A stretch of DNA of 64,000 bases, from assembly GCF_058153355.1 (NCBI RefSeq), contig NZ_CM177019.1. One strand, 5' to 3'. The position numbers and the translations under genes were made by a program. Below, piece after piece: positions 9,584-19,839 of the stretch (positions are counted from its first letter, which is position 1; each line of letters starts with the position of its first letter). The notes beneath the pieces were generated by a model that saw only the letters and a program-made list of their open reading frames with translations, was not told where the DNA came from and made no database searches.

Positions 9584-11566
9584 TTACCATTGATAACTAA
9601 CGAAAATTTTTCCGTTACGACCATCCTGTGGGATGCCTTGCGGCGACCAGTACTCTTTGTCGAAGGCGTTGCCCAATACCAGAGTAGTGGTCATACCTTT
9701 GAGCGCCTGCTGCCCTTGATAACTGACGTAGAAATCATTCACACCATAGCCAGGTTGTTTGCTGTAACTGCTGCTGATATGTGTTGAGCGATCGGCAAAC
9801 GTACCGACCCAACCAACAGAGAAGCCACTGTGAGCGATCGGAATATTCAGGGTGCTGGTAACGGTATCCGGGTTAATACTGGAAATATATTCCCCGGTAT
9901 CGGTGTCTTTGCCGCGGGTACGGTTATAGGCCACATCAAGGCTAAACAGATCAGTGGTATATTTCGTCATCACATCCCAGCCCCAGATTTTGGCGTTCGG
10001 GACGTTATACGACATAGTTGTCGCCGCCGCGAAATCGACAGTCGTGGAGATGTAATCCTTCGCTTTGGTATCAAAGTAGCTGGCTTTAAATTCCAGGGCA
10101 TCATTGGACAACATCAGGTCATCAAAACGCAGCCCAAAACCGTACTCCTGAGTTTCGTTAGTTTCCGGACGTAAGTTCGGGTTTGGCACCCAATAGTTGG
10201 TATAGAAGCGACCAATCGAGAAGTGCTTAGAATCGTTATACATTTCGCCCATCGTCGGGGCGCGGAATGCCTGGGCATATGAGCCAAATAACATCAGCCA
10301 GTTGGTCGGGTTGATAGTCATCCCCGCACGAGATGACCATTTGTCAGCATCAACATCTTTGTAGCCGTCGCTGCTACCGTGATAACTGTCATAGCGGGTT
10401 CCGCCAAGCAGGGTAATCGGCAGATCGCGTAAGGTGATCTCATCCTGTAGCCAGCCAGAGCTAAAATCGATTTTTGCTTGCGGAAAGCCCGTCGTCGCGC
10501 CACCCGGATGTTGTTCCTGACGATAATACTCACCGCCATATGTCAGTAAGTGAGAAGCGAAACTGTCGGCAAATAGAGTGGAACGGTTCTCCAGCCTGGC
10601 TCCTTTTGTTATCTGTTCACGATACTCGCCGGAACTCCCCGTGTTTTGCGCATTAATACGGACTTCCGACCAGTAAATTTTTGCATCTGCATTTAACCAG
10701 TCGTTGCCCTGCGGGGCGAGTTTATAAGAAAGCTGCGCATCGCGTTGAATTGTTGAACGATCAACCATCGGGTTGCTGTTTTCAGAAGCCTCAACGGTCT
10801 GCGGATTTTTTGGTTCACGCGCGTCGTTGTTGTAGTAACGCACTAAACCGCTCAGAGACTGGGCTGAATCAATTTGCCAGGTCCCTTTCGCCAGCATGTT
10901 ATTAATGGACTCGTCATTCGGCGCGGTTTCACCATTGCTCTGGCGTAAATCACCCCGATCGCGACTGGACCAGGCCACAATACCATCCAGATTTTCAGTT
11001 CGCCCAAACGCGCTCGCGCCTAATCCCAGGCTATGGTCCCCCGTGCCACCAGTACCAAAGACACGAAAACCACTACTTTGTCCTTCCTGCAATAAATCTT
11101 TTGCATCGACCGTATCGTAGGAGATCACCCCACCCAGCGCGCCACTGCCATACAGTAATGCTGAAGGTCCGCGAACAATCTCAACACGCTTGATCAGCGC
11201 CGGATCGAGAAAAGTACCATTCAGATGTCCGGTATCCGTTCCCTGGCGAACACCATCGACAAGAACCAGCACGCCGCGATGATCATAGCCACGCATATTT
11301 ACATCCTGACCGTTGGTTCGTCCGGTACCATCAAGAGTAATTCCAGGAACATGACGCAGCAGATCGGTGGCTGAAGTAGCCGTTTGATTTTCAGGAGCGG
11401 AAGTGTCGATGACGCTGACCATCATAGGCGCTTCGAAGGAACTACGGGCATTCCCCGTTGCCGTAACGGTCATGGTTTCAGTAGCAAAAGCAAACGTTGG
11501 CAAGGTGGCAGAAACAGCCAAAGCCAACAAACTCAAACGCAACGAGGTAAATTGCGGACGTGACAT
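9584..11566 (-). CDS. chuA: TonB-dependent outer-membrane haem/haemoglobin receptor ChuA (660 aa)
   Basis: ORF 9584..11566; signal peptide, plug and barrel motifs, C-terminal ...KIFVSYQW; matches ChuA/ShuA. Confidence 0.95.
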   Translation of the reverse strand: MSRPQFTSLRLSLLALAVSATLPTFAFATETMTVTATGNARSSFEAPMMVSVIDTSAPENQTATSATDLLRHVPGITLDGTGRTNGQDVNMRGYDHRGVLVLVDGVRQGTDTGHLNGTFLDPALIKRVEIVRGPSALLYGSGALGGVISYDTVDAKDLLQEGQSSGFRVFGTGGTGDHSLGLGASAFGRTENLDGIVAWSSRDRGDLRQSNGETAPNDESINNMLAKGTWQIDSAQSLSGLVRYYNNDAREPKNPQTVEASENSNPMVDRSTIQRDAQLSYKLAPQGNDWLNADAKIYWSEVRINAQNTGSSGEYREQITKGARLENRSTLFADSFASHLLTYGGEYYRQEQHPGGATTGFPQAKIDFSSGWLQDEITLRDLPITLLGGTRYDSYHGSSDGYKDVDADKWSSRAGMTINPTNWLMLFGSYAQAFRAPTMGEMYNDSKHFSIGRFYTNYWVPNPNLRPETNETQEYGFGLRFDDLMLSNDALEFKASYFDTKAKDYISTTVDFAAATTMSYNVPNAKIWGWDVMTKYTTDLFSLDVAYNRTRGKDTDTGEYISSINPDTVTSTLNIPIAHSGFSVGWVGTFADRSTHISSSYSKQPGYGVNDFYVSYQGQQALKGMTTTLVLGNAFDKEYWSPQGIPQDGRNGKIFVSYQW

Positions 11567-11855
11567 AGCGATTCTCCATGAGGAAAATAAAAAATGCTGG
11601 CTGCCTGGGTTAATACCGGGGTGGCTTGCGAGAAATAAATTTATTTAAAATTCAGAGCGATAATATTCGCCGGGTGAGTTTACAGGCGTTTATATCCCAT
11701 GAAATTGCCTGGTATCTCGGCAAATACGCAAAAGCACGCCCTCTTTGTCAGGCAAAACGATATGCCCCATCAGGAGTGAAGAGCGCTGTGCGTTATCCCT
11801 TGCAAATGCTATGGTTTTGTTATCCATATGGTCGTGTTTTGTTAAGCGCGAACGT

Positions 11856-11874
11856 GATAATGAGAATTATTATC
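11856..11874. promoter_or_regulatory. Fur box upstream of chuA (about 290 bp before the start codon, implying a long leader)
   Basis: gataatgagaattattatc, about 16/19 to the consensus GATAATGATAATCATTATC. Confidence 0.6.
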
Positions 11875-12203
11875 GATCAATTTTTTATGATCAAGCTTTT
11901 TTTAACCGCCATTAACACAATAAACAGGGGGTTATGAAACCTATCCTGCGCCCTGGAAACCACTTTGTTTTTATGGTTATTCCCCCATGACCTCATCACT
12001 AAACTTTGTCGTTAACAGTGATAATTTTCTCTTCTCTTTGCTCTGCAAGCCGCGATATCTCTGGGTTCTCAGCTTTTTCCCGCGCTGAAATTTAGTCGGT
12101 AACAAGAACGTTAGCTGACGAAGCATCTTGATAAAAATCAAAAATAAATACGCTTGTAACGCCTTGCGTATTGAATCGACGGTTGTATTTCATATATAAC
12201 TCA

Positions 12204-12225
12204 AATGATAATCATGATCATTCTC
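12204..12225. promoter_or_regulatory. Fur box overlapping the chuT promoter
   Basis: aatgataatcatgatcattctc, about 25 bp upstream of the chuT ATG at 12249. Confidence 0.65.
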
Positions 12226-12248
12226 AATTTGATAAGAGTTCTCATATT

Positions 12249-13163
12249 ATGCCAAGGATCATCACCAGGCCGTTTCTTTTTTCCCCACTGACGTTATGTA
12301 TTTCAGCCGTGGCCTCTGCCGCGAAGACCGCGGTAAAACGAAAAAAATTGTTTACGGCAGTACTGGCTCTTAGCTGGGCTTTTAGCGTAACGGCTGCCGA
12401 ACGTATCGTGGTCGCAGGAGGATCGCTGACGGAGCTAATCTACGCGATGGGCGCTGGCGAACGCGTGGTTGGTGTCGATGAAACGACATCTTATCCACCA
12501 GAAACCGCCAAACTGCCGCATATTGGCTACTGGAAACAACTCAGCAGCGAAGGCATTTTGTCACTTCGCCCGGATAGCGTAATTACCTGGCAGGATGCCG
12601 GGCCACAAATTGTGCTCGACCAACTACGAGCGCAGAAAGTCAACGTCGTCACCCTGCCGCGTGTGCCTGCCACCCTTGAGCAGATGTACGCCAACATTCG
12701 CCAACTGGCAAAAACGCTACAGGTTCCTGAACAAGGCGAGGCGCTGGTGACACAGATCAACCAACGCCTGGAGCGAGTACAGCAAAACGTGGCGGGCAAA
12801 AAAGCCCCGGTTAAAGCCATGTTTATTCTCTCCGCAGGCGGAAGTGCGCCACAGGTTGCCGGTAAAGGCAGCGTCGCGGACGCCATTCTTTCGCTTGCCG
12901 GAGCAGAAAACGTCGCAACCCACCAGCAGTACAAAAGCTACAGTGCAGAATCACTGATTGCGGCTAATCCAGAAGTGATTGTCGTAACCTCACAAATGGT
13001 CGATGGCGATATTAACCGGCTACGTTCTATTGCCGGAATTACCCACACTGCCGCATGGAAAAACCAGCGCATTATCACCGTTGATCAAAACCTGATTCTG
13101 GGAATGGGTCCGCGTATTGCTGATGTCGTTGAGTCTTTACACCAGCAGCTTTGGCCGCAATAA
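12249..13163 (+). CDS. chuT: Periplasmic haem-binding protein ChuT (ABC transporter substrate-binding protein), 304 aa
   Basis: ORF 12171..13163; the ORF-track start lies upstream of the Fur box/promoter, so the start is placed at the ATG at 12249 (MPRIITRP...). Start is uncertain and could be further downstream. Confidence 0.8.
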   Translation: MPRIITRPFLFSPLTLCISAVASAAKTAVKRKKLFTAVLALSWAFSVTAAERIVVAGGSLTELIYAMGAGERVVGVDETTSYPPETAKLPHIGYWKQLSSEGILSLRPDSVITWQDAGPQIVLDQLRAQKVNVVTLPRVPATLEQMYANIRQLAKTLQVPEQGEALVTQINQRLERVQQNVAGKKAPVKAMFILSAGGSAPQVAGKGSVADAILSLAGAENVATHQQYKSYSAESLIAANPEVIVVTSQMVDGDINRLRSIAGITHTAAWKNQRIITVDQNLILGMGPRIADVVESLHQQLWPQ

Positions 13164-13182
13164 ATGGATTTAAATCAGACGA

Positions 13183-14520
13183 ATGAACACAAATAACCCC
13201 CTGGATCTCACGCCACATTTTGCTTTAGACGGTGATCAGCCATTTAAAGACAGGCGCGCCATGATGCCGTTTCGTGGGGCCATTCCAGTTGCCAAAGAGC
13301 AACTGGCACAGACCTGGCAAGAGATGCTCAATCAAACGGTATCACCACGTAAGCGACTGGTTTATCTACACATTCCTTTTTGTGCAACACACTGCACGTT
13401 TTGTGGTTTTTATCAGAACCGTTTTAATGAAGATGCGTGTGCTCATTATACCGACGCCCTGATTCGTGAAATAGAAATGGAAGCGGACAGCGTATTGCAT
13501 CAGTCTGCCCCCATCCACGCGGTCTATTTCGGTGGCGGCACGCCTTCCGCGCTTTCGGCACACGATTTGGCCAGAATTATCACCACATTACGAGAAAAGC
13601 TGCCACTGGCCCCTGATTGTGAAATCACTATCGAAGGCCGGGTACTGAATTTTGACGCTGAGCGAATCGATGCTTGCCTTGATGCAGGAGCAAACCGCTT
13701 CTCAATTGGTATTCAGTCGTTTAACAGCAAAATCCGTAAGAAAATGGCCCGCACCTCGGATGGCCCAACCGCCATTGCGTTTATGGAAAGCCTGGTCAAA
13801 CGCGACCGTGCTGCGGTGGTCTGTGACCTTCTGTTTGGCCTGCCGGGTCAGGATGCGCAAACCTGGGGAGAAGATCTGACTATTGCCCGCGATATCGGTC
13901 TCGACGGCGTCGATCTCTATGCGCTCAATGTCCTGCCCAATACACCGCTGGGCAAAGCCGTGGAAAATGGGCGTACTACCGTGCCCTCTCCGGCAGAACG
14001 ACGCGATCTTTATCTGCAAGGGTGTGACTTCATGGACGAAGCTGGTTGGCGCTGTATCAGTAACAGCCACTGGGGCCGTACCACACGCGAACGCAATCTC
14101 TATAACCTGCTGATTAAACAAGGTGCCGATTGTCTGGCCTTTGGTTCCGGAGCCGGCGGTTCGATTAATGGTTACTCCTGGATGAACGAACGCAGTCTTC
14201 AGACCTGGCATGAATCCGTCGCGGCAGGCAAAAAACCGCTGATGATGATCATGCGTAACGCCGAACGTAATGCGCAATGGCGTCATACCTTGCAGTCAGG
14301 TGTTGAAACAGCGCGTGTACCGCTGGATGAACTTACGCCACATGCCGAAAAACTCGCGCCGTTACTGGCTCAATGGCACCAAAAAGGCTTAAGCCGCGAT
14401 GCTTCAACTTGCCTGCGGCTGACTAATGAAGGTCGTTTCTGGGCAAGCAATATTTTGCAGTCTCTTAATGAACTAATTCAGGTACTTAATGCGCCAGCGA
14501 TTGTGCGTGAAAAACCATAA
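13183..14520 (+). CDS. chuW: Radical-SAM HemN-like haem-degrading enzyme ChuW (anaerobilin synthase), 445 aa
   Basis: ORF 13183..14520; radical-SAM CxxxCxxC motif (CATHCTFCGF); position in the chuTWXY operon. Confidence 0.9.
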   Translation: MNTNNPLDLTPHFALDGDQPFKDRRAMMPFRGAIPVAKEQLAQTWQEMLNQTVSPRKRLVYLHIPFCATHCTFCGFYQNRFNEDACAHYTDALIREIEMEADSVLHQSAPIHAVYFGGGTPSALSAHDLARIITTLREKLPLAPDCEITIEGRVLNFDAERIDACLDAGANRFSIGIQSFNSKIRKKMARTSDGPTAIAFMESLVKRDRAAVVCDLLFGLPGQDAQTWGEDLTIARDIGLDGVDLYALNVLPNTPLGKAVENGRTTVPSPAERRDLYLQGCDFMDEAGWRCISNSHWGRTTRERNLYNLLIKQGADCLAFGSGAGGSINGYSWMNERSLQTWHESVAAGKKPLMMIMRNAERNAQWRHTLQSGVETARVPLDELTPHAEKLAPLLAQWHQKGLSRDASTCLRLTNEGRFWASNILQSLNELIQVLNAPAIVREKP

Positions 14521-14532
14521 CAGGAGTGATTT

Positions 14533-15027
14533 ATGAGCCATGTCTCGTTACAAGAATTTTTGAAAACGGAGCCGGACGGTACGCTGGAGGTGGTAGCCGA
14601 ACAATACAACACCACACTGCTGGAAGTAGTGAGAAATCTACCCTCCTCTACCGTAGTGTCAGGCGATAAATTCGATACTGTCTGGGATACCGTCTGCGAA
14701 TGGGGCAACGTCACCACGTTAGTACATACTGCCGATGTAATCCTCGAATTTAGCGGCGAACTGCCTTCGGGTTTCCATCGCCACGGCTATTTCAACCTAC
14801 GCGGAAAGCACGGCATGTCCGGGCATATCAAAGCAGAAAACTGCACACATATTGCCTTGATCGAACGTAAATTTATGGGCATGGACACCGCATCCATTCT
14901 CTTTTTCAACAAAGAAGGCAGCTCAATGCTGAAAATCTTCCTCGGCAGGGATGACCATCGTCAGCTCCTGAGCGAACAAGTCAGCGCCTTCCATGCTCTG
15001 GCAGCATCGTTAAAGGAACACGCCTGA
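14533..15027 (+). CDS. chuX: Haem-binding/chaperone protein ChuX (164 aa)
   Basis: ORF 14533..15027; operon position; stop overlaps the chuY start. Confidence 0.85.
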   Translation: MSHVSLQEFLKTEPDGTLEVVAEQYNTTLLEVVRNLPSSTVVSGDKFDTVWDTVCEWGNVTTLVHTADVILEFSGELPSGFHRHGYFNLRGKHGMSGHIKAENCTHIALIERKFMGMDTASILFFNKEGSSMLKIFLGRDDHRQLLSEQVSAFHALAASLKEHA

Positions 15028-15650
15028 TGACGCCGTGGCTACTCTTTGGCGCAGGCGGAAAAGGTGTGGGTGCCAGAACGCTTGAACTGGCGCTGGCGGA
15101 ACAACGTCCGGTCGTTGCTGTCATTCGTCATGCTGATGCTGCCACGAAACTGGCGCAACAAGGCGTACAGGTTTTTACAGGCGACGCCTGTGATGCCAGC
15201 GTAGTCGCGGCTGCTTGCCGCGCAGCTGGCCCGGATGCGCTTATCATCTCAACAATGGGCGGAGCTCAGGATTATCTGGCACACAGAACAGTGATTGATG
15301 AGGCCGAAAAGGCCGGCATCAGTCGCATGATTCTGGTGACCTCTTTGGGATGTGGCGATAGCTGGCCGTTTTTATCGGAGCGGGCAAAGGCTGCGTTTGG
15401 TCAGGCGGTACGGGAAAAAACGCTGGCGGAAAGCTGGTTGCAAACCAGCCAGCTTGATTACGCCATTCTCCGCCCTGGCGGTCTGCTTGATGGTGCGGCA
15501 ACGGGCAAAGCACAACGGATACAAAATCAGGAGTGTCATGGTTTTGTTAACCGTGTCGATGTCGCCGCACATATCCATGAACTGGCAAATGCGCCAGCAC
15601 TTAACCAGCAGGTCTACAGTCTGATTGAACCGGACCTGAAACCGGCGTGA
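15027..15650 (+). CDS. chuY: NAD(P)H-dependent anaerobilin reductase ChuY (207 aa)
   Basis: ORF 15027..15650; N-terminal Rossmann motif (GAGGKGVGAR); start overlaps the chuX stop. Confidence 0.85.
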   Translation: MTPWLLFGAGGKGVGARTLELALAEQRPVVAVIRHADAATKLAQQGVQVFTGDACDASVVAAACRAAGPDALIISTMGGAQDYLAHRTVIDEAEKAGISRMILVTSLGCGDSWPFLSERAKAAFGQAVREKTLAESWLQTSQLDYAILRPGGLLDGAATGKAQRIQNQECHGFVNRVDVAAHIHELANAPALNQQVYSLIEPDLKPA

Positions 15651-15698
15651 TCCCCCGGCGCGGAATCTCCGCGCCGTAATGTCGTAACGGAGTTTTGC

Positions 15699-16691
15699 GT
15701 GCTCAAGGATTCACTCTCTTCCGCCAGGGTCTTTATGGGGCTATCACTATTATTGCTAGCTCTGGTGCTGTTCGGTGCCAGTCAGGGAGCGTTAAAGATC
15801 AGTTTTGATGCCCTTTTTGATGAGGAATACCGCGATATCTGGCTCAATATTCGTCTACCACGGGTTTTGCTGGCGGTGCTGGTAGGTGCAGCGTTGGCAA
15901 CCGCCGGGGTAATTATGCAGGGGCTTTTTCGCAACCCAATGGCTGACCCTGGATTACTCGGCGTCAGTAGCGGTTCTGCATTAATGGTTGGCGTTGCTAT
16001 TGTGCTGCCCTTTTCCTTCCCAGTGGTGCTGGTGCTCTATGAGCAAATGGTGTTTGCCATTGCCGGAAGTTTAGTGGTCTGCACCATCATTTTTCTCATC
16101 ACGCAGCGCCATCGCGATGGAAGCATGATGCAATTATTACTCGCCGGTATCGCCATCAATGCCCTGTGCGGCGCAGCGATCGGCATCCTGAGCTATATCG
16201 GCGATGAGCAGCAGCTACGACAACTCACATTGTGGATGATGGGCAATCTTGGACAGGCGCAATGGCCGACGTTATTGGTTGCCAGTTCATTCATCCTACC
16301 GGCCATTATTGCAACAACTTGTCTCGCCGGAACGCTGAATTTACTGCAGCTCGGTGATGAAGAAGCCCACTACCTCGGCGTGAACGTTAAGCGTAAACGC
16401 CAGCAATTACTGTTAGTGAGCTCACTGCTCGTTGGTGCCGCCGTATCGGTAAGCGGCATTATCGGCTTTATTGGCCTGGTGATCCCGCATCTGATTCGTA
16501 TGACTACCGGGGCAAATCACCGCTGGCTAATCCCTTGCTCCGCCCTCGCCGGAGCCTGTTTATTGCTGATGGCAGACACGCTTGCCCGCACACTGGTACA
16601 GCCAGCAGAAATGCCCGTGGGATTATTAACCAGCCTGCTTGGTGGCCCTTATTTTATGTGGTTGATTCTGCGCAACCGGAGGATCACATGA
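15699..16691 (+). CDS. chuU: Haem ABC transporter permease ChuU (FecCD family), 330 aa
   Basis: ORF 15699..16691; polytopic FecCD-type permease. Confidence 0.9.
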   Translation: MLKDSLSSARVFMGLSLLLLALVLFGASQGALKISFDALFDEEYRDIWLNIRLPRVLLAVLVGAALATAGVIMQGLFRNPMADPGLLGVSSGSALMVGVAIVLPFSFPVVLVLYEQMVFAIAGSLVVCTIIFLITQRHRDGSMMQLLLAGIAINALCGAAIGILSYIGDEQQLRQLTLWMMGNLGQAQWPTLLVASSFILPAIIATTCLAGTLNLLQLGDEEAHYLGVNVKRKRQQLLLVSSLLVGAAVSVSGIIGFIGLVIPHLIRMTTGANHRWLIPCSALAGACLLLMADTLARTLVQPAEMPVGLLTSLLGGPYFMWLILRNRRIT

Positions 16692-17458
16692 TCAGCGCCC
16701 AGAATCTGGTTTATAGCCTTCAGGGGCGGCGTCTGACTGATAATGTCTCGCTGACTTTTCCCGGTGGGGAAATTGTTGCCATTCTCGGCCCTAATGGTGC
16801 GGGAAAATCTACGCTGCTTCGCCAGTTAACCGGCTATCTTCAACCTGATAGCGGCGAATGTCGGTTGTTTAATAAGCCATTAAATGAATGGTCGATTACT
16901 GAACTGGCGAAACACCGGGCCGTGATGCGTCAAAATAGCCACATGGCGTTTCCATTCAGCGTACAAGAAGTTATCCAGATGGGGCGGCATCCGCATCGTA
17001 CTGGTAATCAGGATAATGAAACAGCACAAATAATGGCGTTATGTGACTGTCAGGCGTTAGCAAACCGCGACTATCGGCAATTATCCGGTGGTGAACAACA
17101 GCGCGTGCAATTAGCGCGCCTGCTGGTGCAACTCTGGGAACCAACTCCCTCACCGAAATGGTTATTTCTTGATGAACCAACTTCGGCGCTGGATATTCAC
17201 CATCAGCAGCACTTGTTTCGTTTATTACGCCAGCTAGTTCACGAACGGCAGTTCAATGTTTGCTGCGTATTGCACGATCTAAATCTTGCCGCGCGTTATG
17301 CAGACCGTGTTGTATTAATGCAAAAAGGAAAGGTTATCGCAAATGGTAAACCGCAGGACGTATTGACACAGCAGGCGCTGACAATGCTCTACGGCGCGGA
17401 TATTACCGTACTTAAAGATCCTGCCAACCATTCACCACTGATCGTCCTCGATCATTAA
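16688..17458 (+). CDS. chuV: Haem ABC transporter ATP-binding protein ChuV (HmuV), 256 aa
   Basis: ORF 16535..17458 trimmed to the ATG at 16688 (ATGA overlap with chuU stop); Walker [10 protein letters not shown], signature LSGGEQQR, Walker [12 protein letters not shown]. Confidence 0.9.
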   Translation: MISAQNLVYSLQGRRLTDNVSLTFPGGEIVAILGPNGAGKSTLLRQLTGYLQPDSGECRLFNKPLNEWSITELAKHRAVMRQNSHMAFPFSVQEVIQMGRHPHRTGNQDNETAQIMALCDCQALANRDYRQLSGGEQQRVQLARLLVQLWEPTPSPKWLFLDEPTSALDIHHQQHLFRLLRQLVHERQFNVCCVLHDLNLAARYADRVVLMQKGKVIANGKPQDVLTQQALTMLYGADITVLKDPANHSPLIVLDH

Positions 17459-17464
17459 AACCAA

Positions 17465-17489
17465 CAGGAGTACCGCTCTGGTACTCCTG
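17465..17489. terminator. Bidirectional terminator hairpin between convergent chuV and yhiD
   Basis: caggagtacc-gctct-ggtactcctg, perfect 10-bp stem. Confidence 0.6.
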
Positions 17490-17509
17490 CGAATAAATAA
17501 CTATATAGA

Positions 17510-18157
17510 TTAGCTAATTGAAACGCCTTTCACCCCTGCCATACCTTTTAATAATCGCAACAGATCTTCTATCGACGTCGTGGCATGAAGCTGGATATCA
17601 ATGGCGACCACTTCATGATCTTCATTTTCCTGCAACGAAACTAAATCCGTTTTTATTTTTTGCTGCTTAAACCAGTCGAGCATTGATACCGTATTACCGT
17701 TCACTAATGTCAGCTGTAAATGGTAATTTTTATTCATCAGGCGGAAGGTTAATTGATGGAAGACTTCCAGCACCAGTAAGGTCATCACTGAACCATAAAT
17801 GCCCAGTTCGTACATACCGCTACCAATAACCATACCAATGGCGGCGGTCACCCAGATATCCGCTGCCGTCGTCAGACCTACAATATTTTGGTTACGAACG
17901 AGAATGTTACCTGCACCGATAAACCCGACGCCCGTCACCACCTGAGCAGCAATACGGCTGGGGTCCAGTCCGACGTGATCTAAAGACAGCACGTCAGCAA
18001 AACCATATTTCGAAACAATCATAAACAGGGCGCTTCCCATGCCAATTAATACATGTGTGCGTAACCCTGCTCCTTTGCCGCGCATTTGCCTTTCCATGCC
18101 AATAGCGCCACAGGCAATTGCTGCGAGTATAAGACGTATAATAAATTCTGTTGTCAT
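17510..18157 (-). CDS. yhiD: MgtC-family inner-membrane protein YhiD
   Basis: ORF 17510..18169 trimmed to MTTEFIIRLILAAIACGAIGMERQ...; matches YhiD. Confidence 0.9.
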   Translation of the reverse strand: MTTEFIIRLILAAIACGAIGMERQMRGKGAGLRTHVLIGMGSALFMIVSKYGFADVLSLDHVGLDPSRIAAQVVTGVGFIGAGNILVRNQNIVGLTTAADIWVTAAIGMVIGSGMYELGIYGSVMTLLVLEVFHQLTFRLMNKNYHLQLTLVNGNTVSMLDWFKQQKIKTDLVSLQENEDHEVVAIDIQLHATTSIEDLLRLLKGMAGVKGVSIS

Positions 18158-18220
18158 ATAAAAATGCAAAAAGGAGCAGCAAGATGGCTCAACTTGCTAC
18201 TCCTTTTTACTTGTGCCCCA

Positions 18221-18547
18221 TTAATTCGGCAAGTCATTAGATGCTTGATTTTTGAAAGTATACAAATTTTTCTGCGGATTTTTTTTGCAGTATTCGATCA
18301 CTTTAGGAATTTGAGTAAGATCGGTTTCATTTAAAGTAACAGTATCACCACCTTTATAAACTGTTTCTTCATGCAGCATCCACCACGCAACCGGTGTCAT
18401 TGCTTTTGGATTCAGATCAATAAATTCCTGGCAAGTCATATCTTTAGCGGATTCATTGGCTGCCAGCGCAGATTGTGCGTTCACCAGTGACAAAGCCGCT
18501 ACAGCGCCCATAAAAATAAACGCTTTACGGAGAGATGAAATATTCAT
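18221..18547 (-). CDS. hdeB: Periplasmic acid-stress chaperone HdeB
   Basis: ORF 18221..18559 trimmed to MNISSLRKAF...; matches HdeB. Confidence 0.9.
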   Translation of the reverse strand: MNISSLRKAFIFMGAVAALSLVNAQSALAANESAKDMTCQEFIDLNPKAMTPVAWWMLHEETVYKGGDTVTLNETDLTQIPKVIEYCKKNPQKNLYTFKNQASNDLPN

Positions 18548-18662
18548 TTTGTAACCCATTCAATATAGAGATTAAATATGAACAGAAGGAATAGCTGCTT
18601 TTGAAGAAGGTATTCCTACCTGTTCAATATGCAAGGAAGTACGATGTAACGTATTCCCGGAA

Positions 18663-18995
18663 TTACATATCTTTCTTAACTTTGTCCCATTCGCTTTTAA
18701 CTTTATCTTTAAAGTTGGCTTGTTTATCCTGAGTACAAGCCTGAACGATCGCTGGGGTTACGGTTGCAATACCCTGAACATCTAAAACCGCATCTTCTGG
18801 TTTATCTTTATTGTTCAGTGCTTCAGCAAAACCAACTGCAGTTGGCTGGAAGGATTCGTCCACAGCCAGAAAATCTTCACAGGTCCAGGTGTTGACCGGT
18901 TTTTTGTTATCAGCTGCTTTTTGTGCATCCGCTGCATTGCTCACCACTGGCAGAAGAAGCAGACCACCAAGAATAACGCCTAATACTTTTTTCAT
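18663..18995 (-). CDS. hdeA: Periplasmic acid-stress chaperone HdeA (110 aa)
   Basis: ORF 18663..18995; MKKVLGVILGGLLLLPVVSNAADAQKAADNKKPVNTWTCEDF...; matches HdeA. Confidence 0.95.
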   Translation of the reverse strand: MKKVLGVILGGLLLLPVVSNAADAQKAADNKKPVNTWTCEDFLAVDESFQPTAVGFAEALNNKDKPEDAVLDVQGIATVTPAIVQACTQDKQANFKDKVKSEWDKVKKDM

Positions 18996-19249
18996 CGTAA
19001 TATCCTCAACTATAAAGTGAAAGAGCCGTCACGAATCAATTTCGACACTGAGGTTATAACCTGGTTTTCTGTATATGTCATGTTGATGGAAAATATCAAA
19101 ATCAGATATTTTTATTTCAATACAATGAGTTACAGATGCATCTGATACTGTAATTAGGAAATTTTTATTAAATCGACTGCATTCTTAGACGCGTTTTTGG
19201 CATAGATTGATAGCAGGGGATTTTCTTCTTAATTTTATAGGGTGGTTCT

Positions 19250-19822
19250 ATGTTATATATAGATAAGGCAACAATTTTGAAGTTTGATCTGGAGATGCTT
19301 AAAAAACATCGCAGAGCAATCCAGTTTATTGCCGTGCTGCTGTTTATCGTCGGGTTGCTGTGTATCAGTTTTCCGTTCGTCTCTGGCGATATTTTAAGCA
19401 CAGTAGTGGGTGCATTATTAATCTGCTCGGGTATTGCGCTTATTGTCGGGTTATTCAGCAACCGTAGTCATAATTTCTGGCCGGTATTATCCGGTTTCCT
19501 CGTCGCAGTCGCCTATTTATTGATCGGCTATTTCTTCATCCGCGCACCAGAGCTGGGCATTTTTGCCATTGCGGCATTTATTGCCGGTTTGTTCTGTGTG
19601 GCAGGGGTTATTCGCCTGATGAGTTGGTATCGTCAGCGTTCAATGAAAGGCAGTTGGCTACAGCTCGTTATTGGTGTGCTGGATATCGTCATTGCCTGGA
19701 TATTCCTTGGTGCAACGCCGATGGTTTCTGTAACGCTGGTTTCCACACTAGTGGGAATTGAACTGATATTTAGCGCCGCTAGCCTGTTCAGCTTCGCCAG
19801 TTTGTTTGTTAAAAAGCAATAA
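19250..19822 (+). CDS. hdeD: Acid-resistance membrane protein HdeD (190 aa)
   Basis: ORF 19250..19822; divergent from hdeAB; matches HdeD. Confidence 0.9.
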   Translation: MLYIDKATILKFDLEMLKKHRRAIQFIAVLLFIVGLLCISFPFVSGDILSTVVGALLICSGIALIVGLFSNRSHNFWPVLSGFLVAVAYLLIGYFFIRAPELGIFAIAAFIAGLFCVAGVIRLMSWYRQRSMKGSWLQLVIGVLDIVIAWIFLGATPMVSVTLVSTLVGIELIFSAASLFSFASLFVKKQ

Positions 19823-19839
19823 TTATCCCTATTGCCACC

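Noticed and set aside
11626-11937. 103-aa ORF in the chuA-chuT intergenic region
   Set aside because: It lies in the Fur-regulated chuA leader, overlaps a Fur box, has no ribosome-binding site and an unremarkable composition; more likely untranslated leader.
12171-12248. Upstream extension of chuT (ORF-track start at 12171)
   Set aside because: The Fur box/promoter at 12204..12225 lies inside this extension, so translation cannot start upstream of it.
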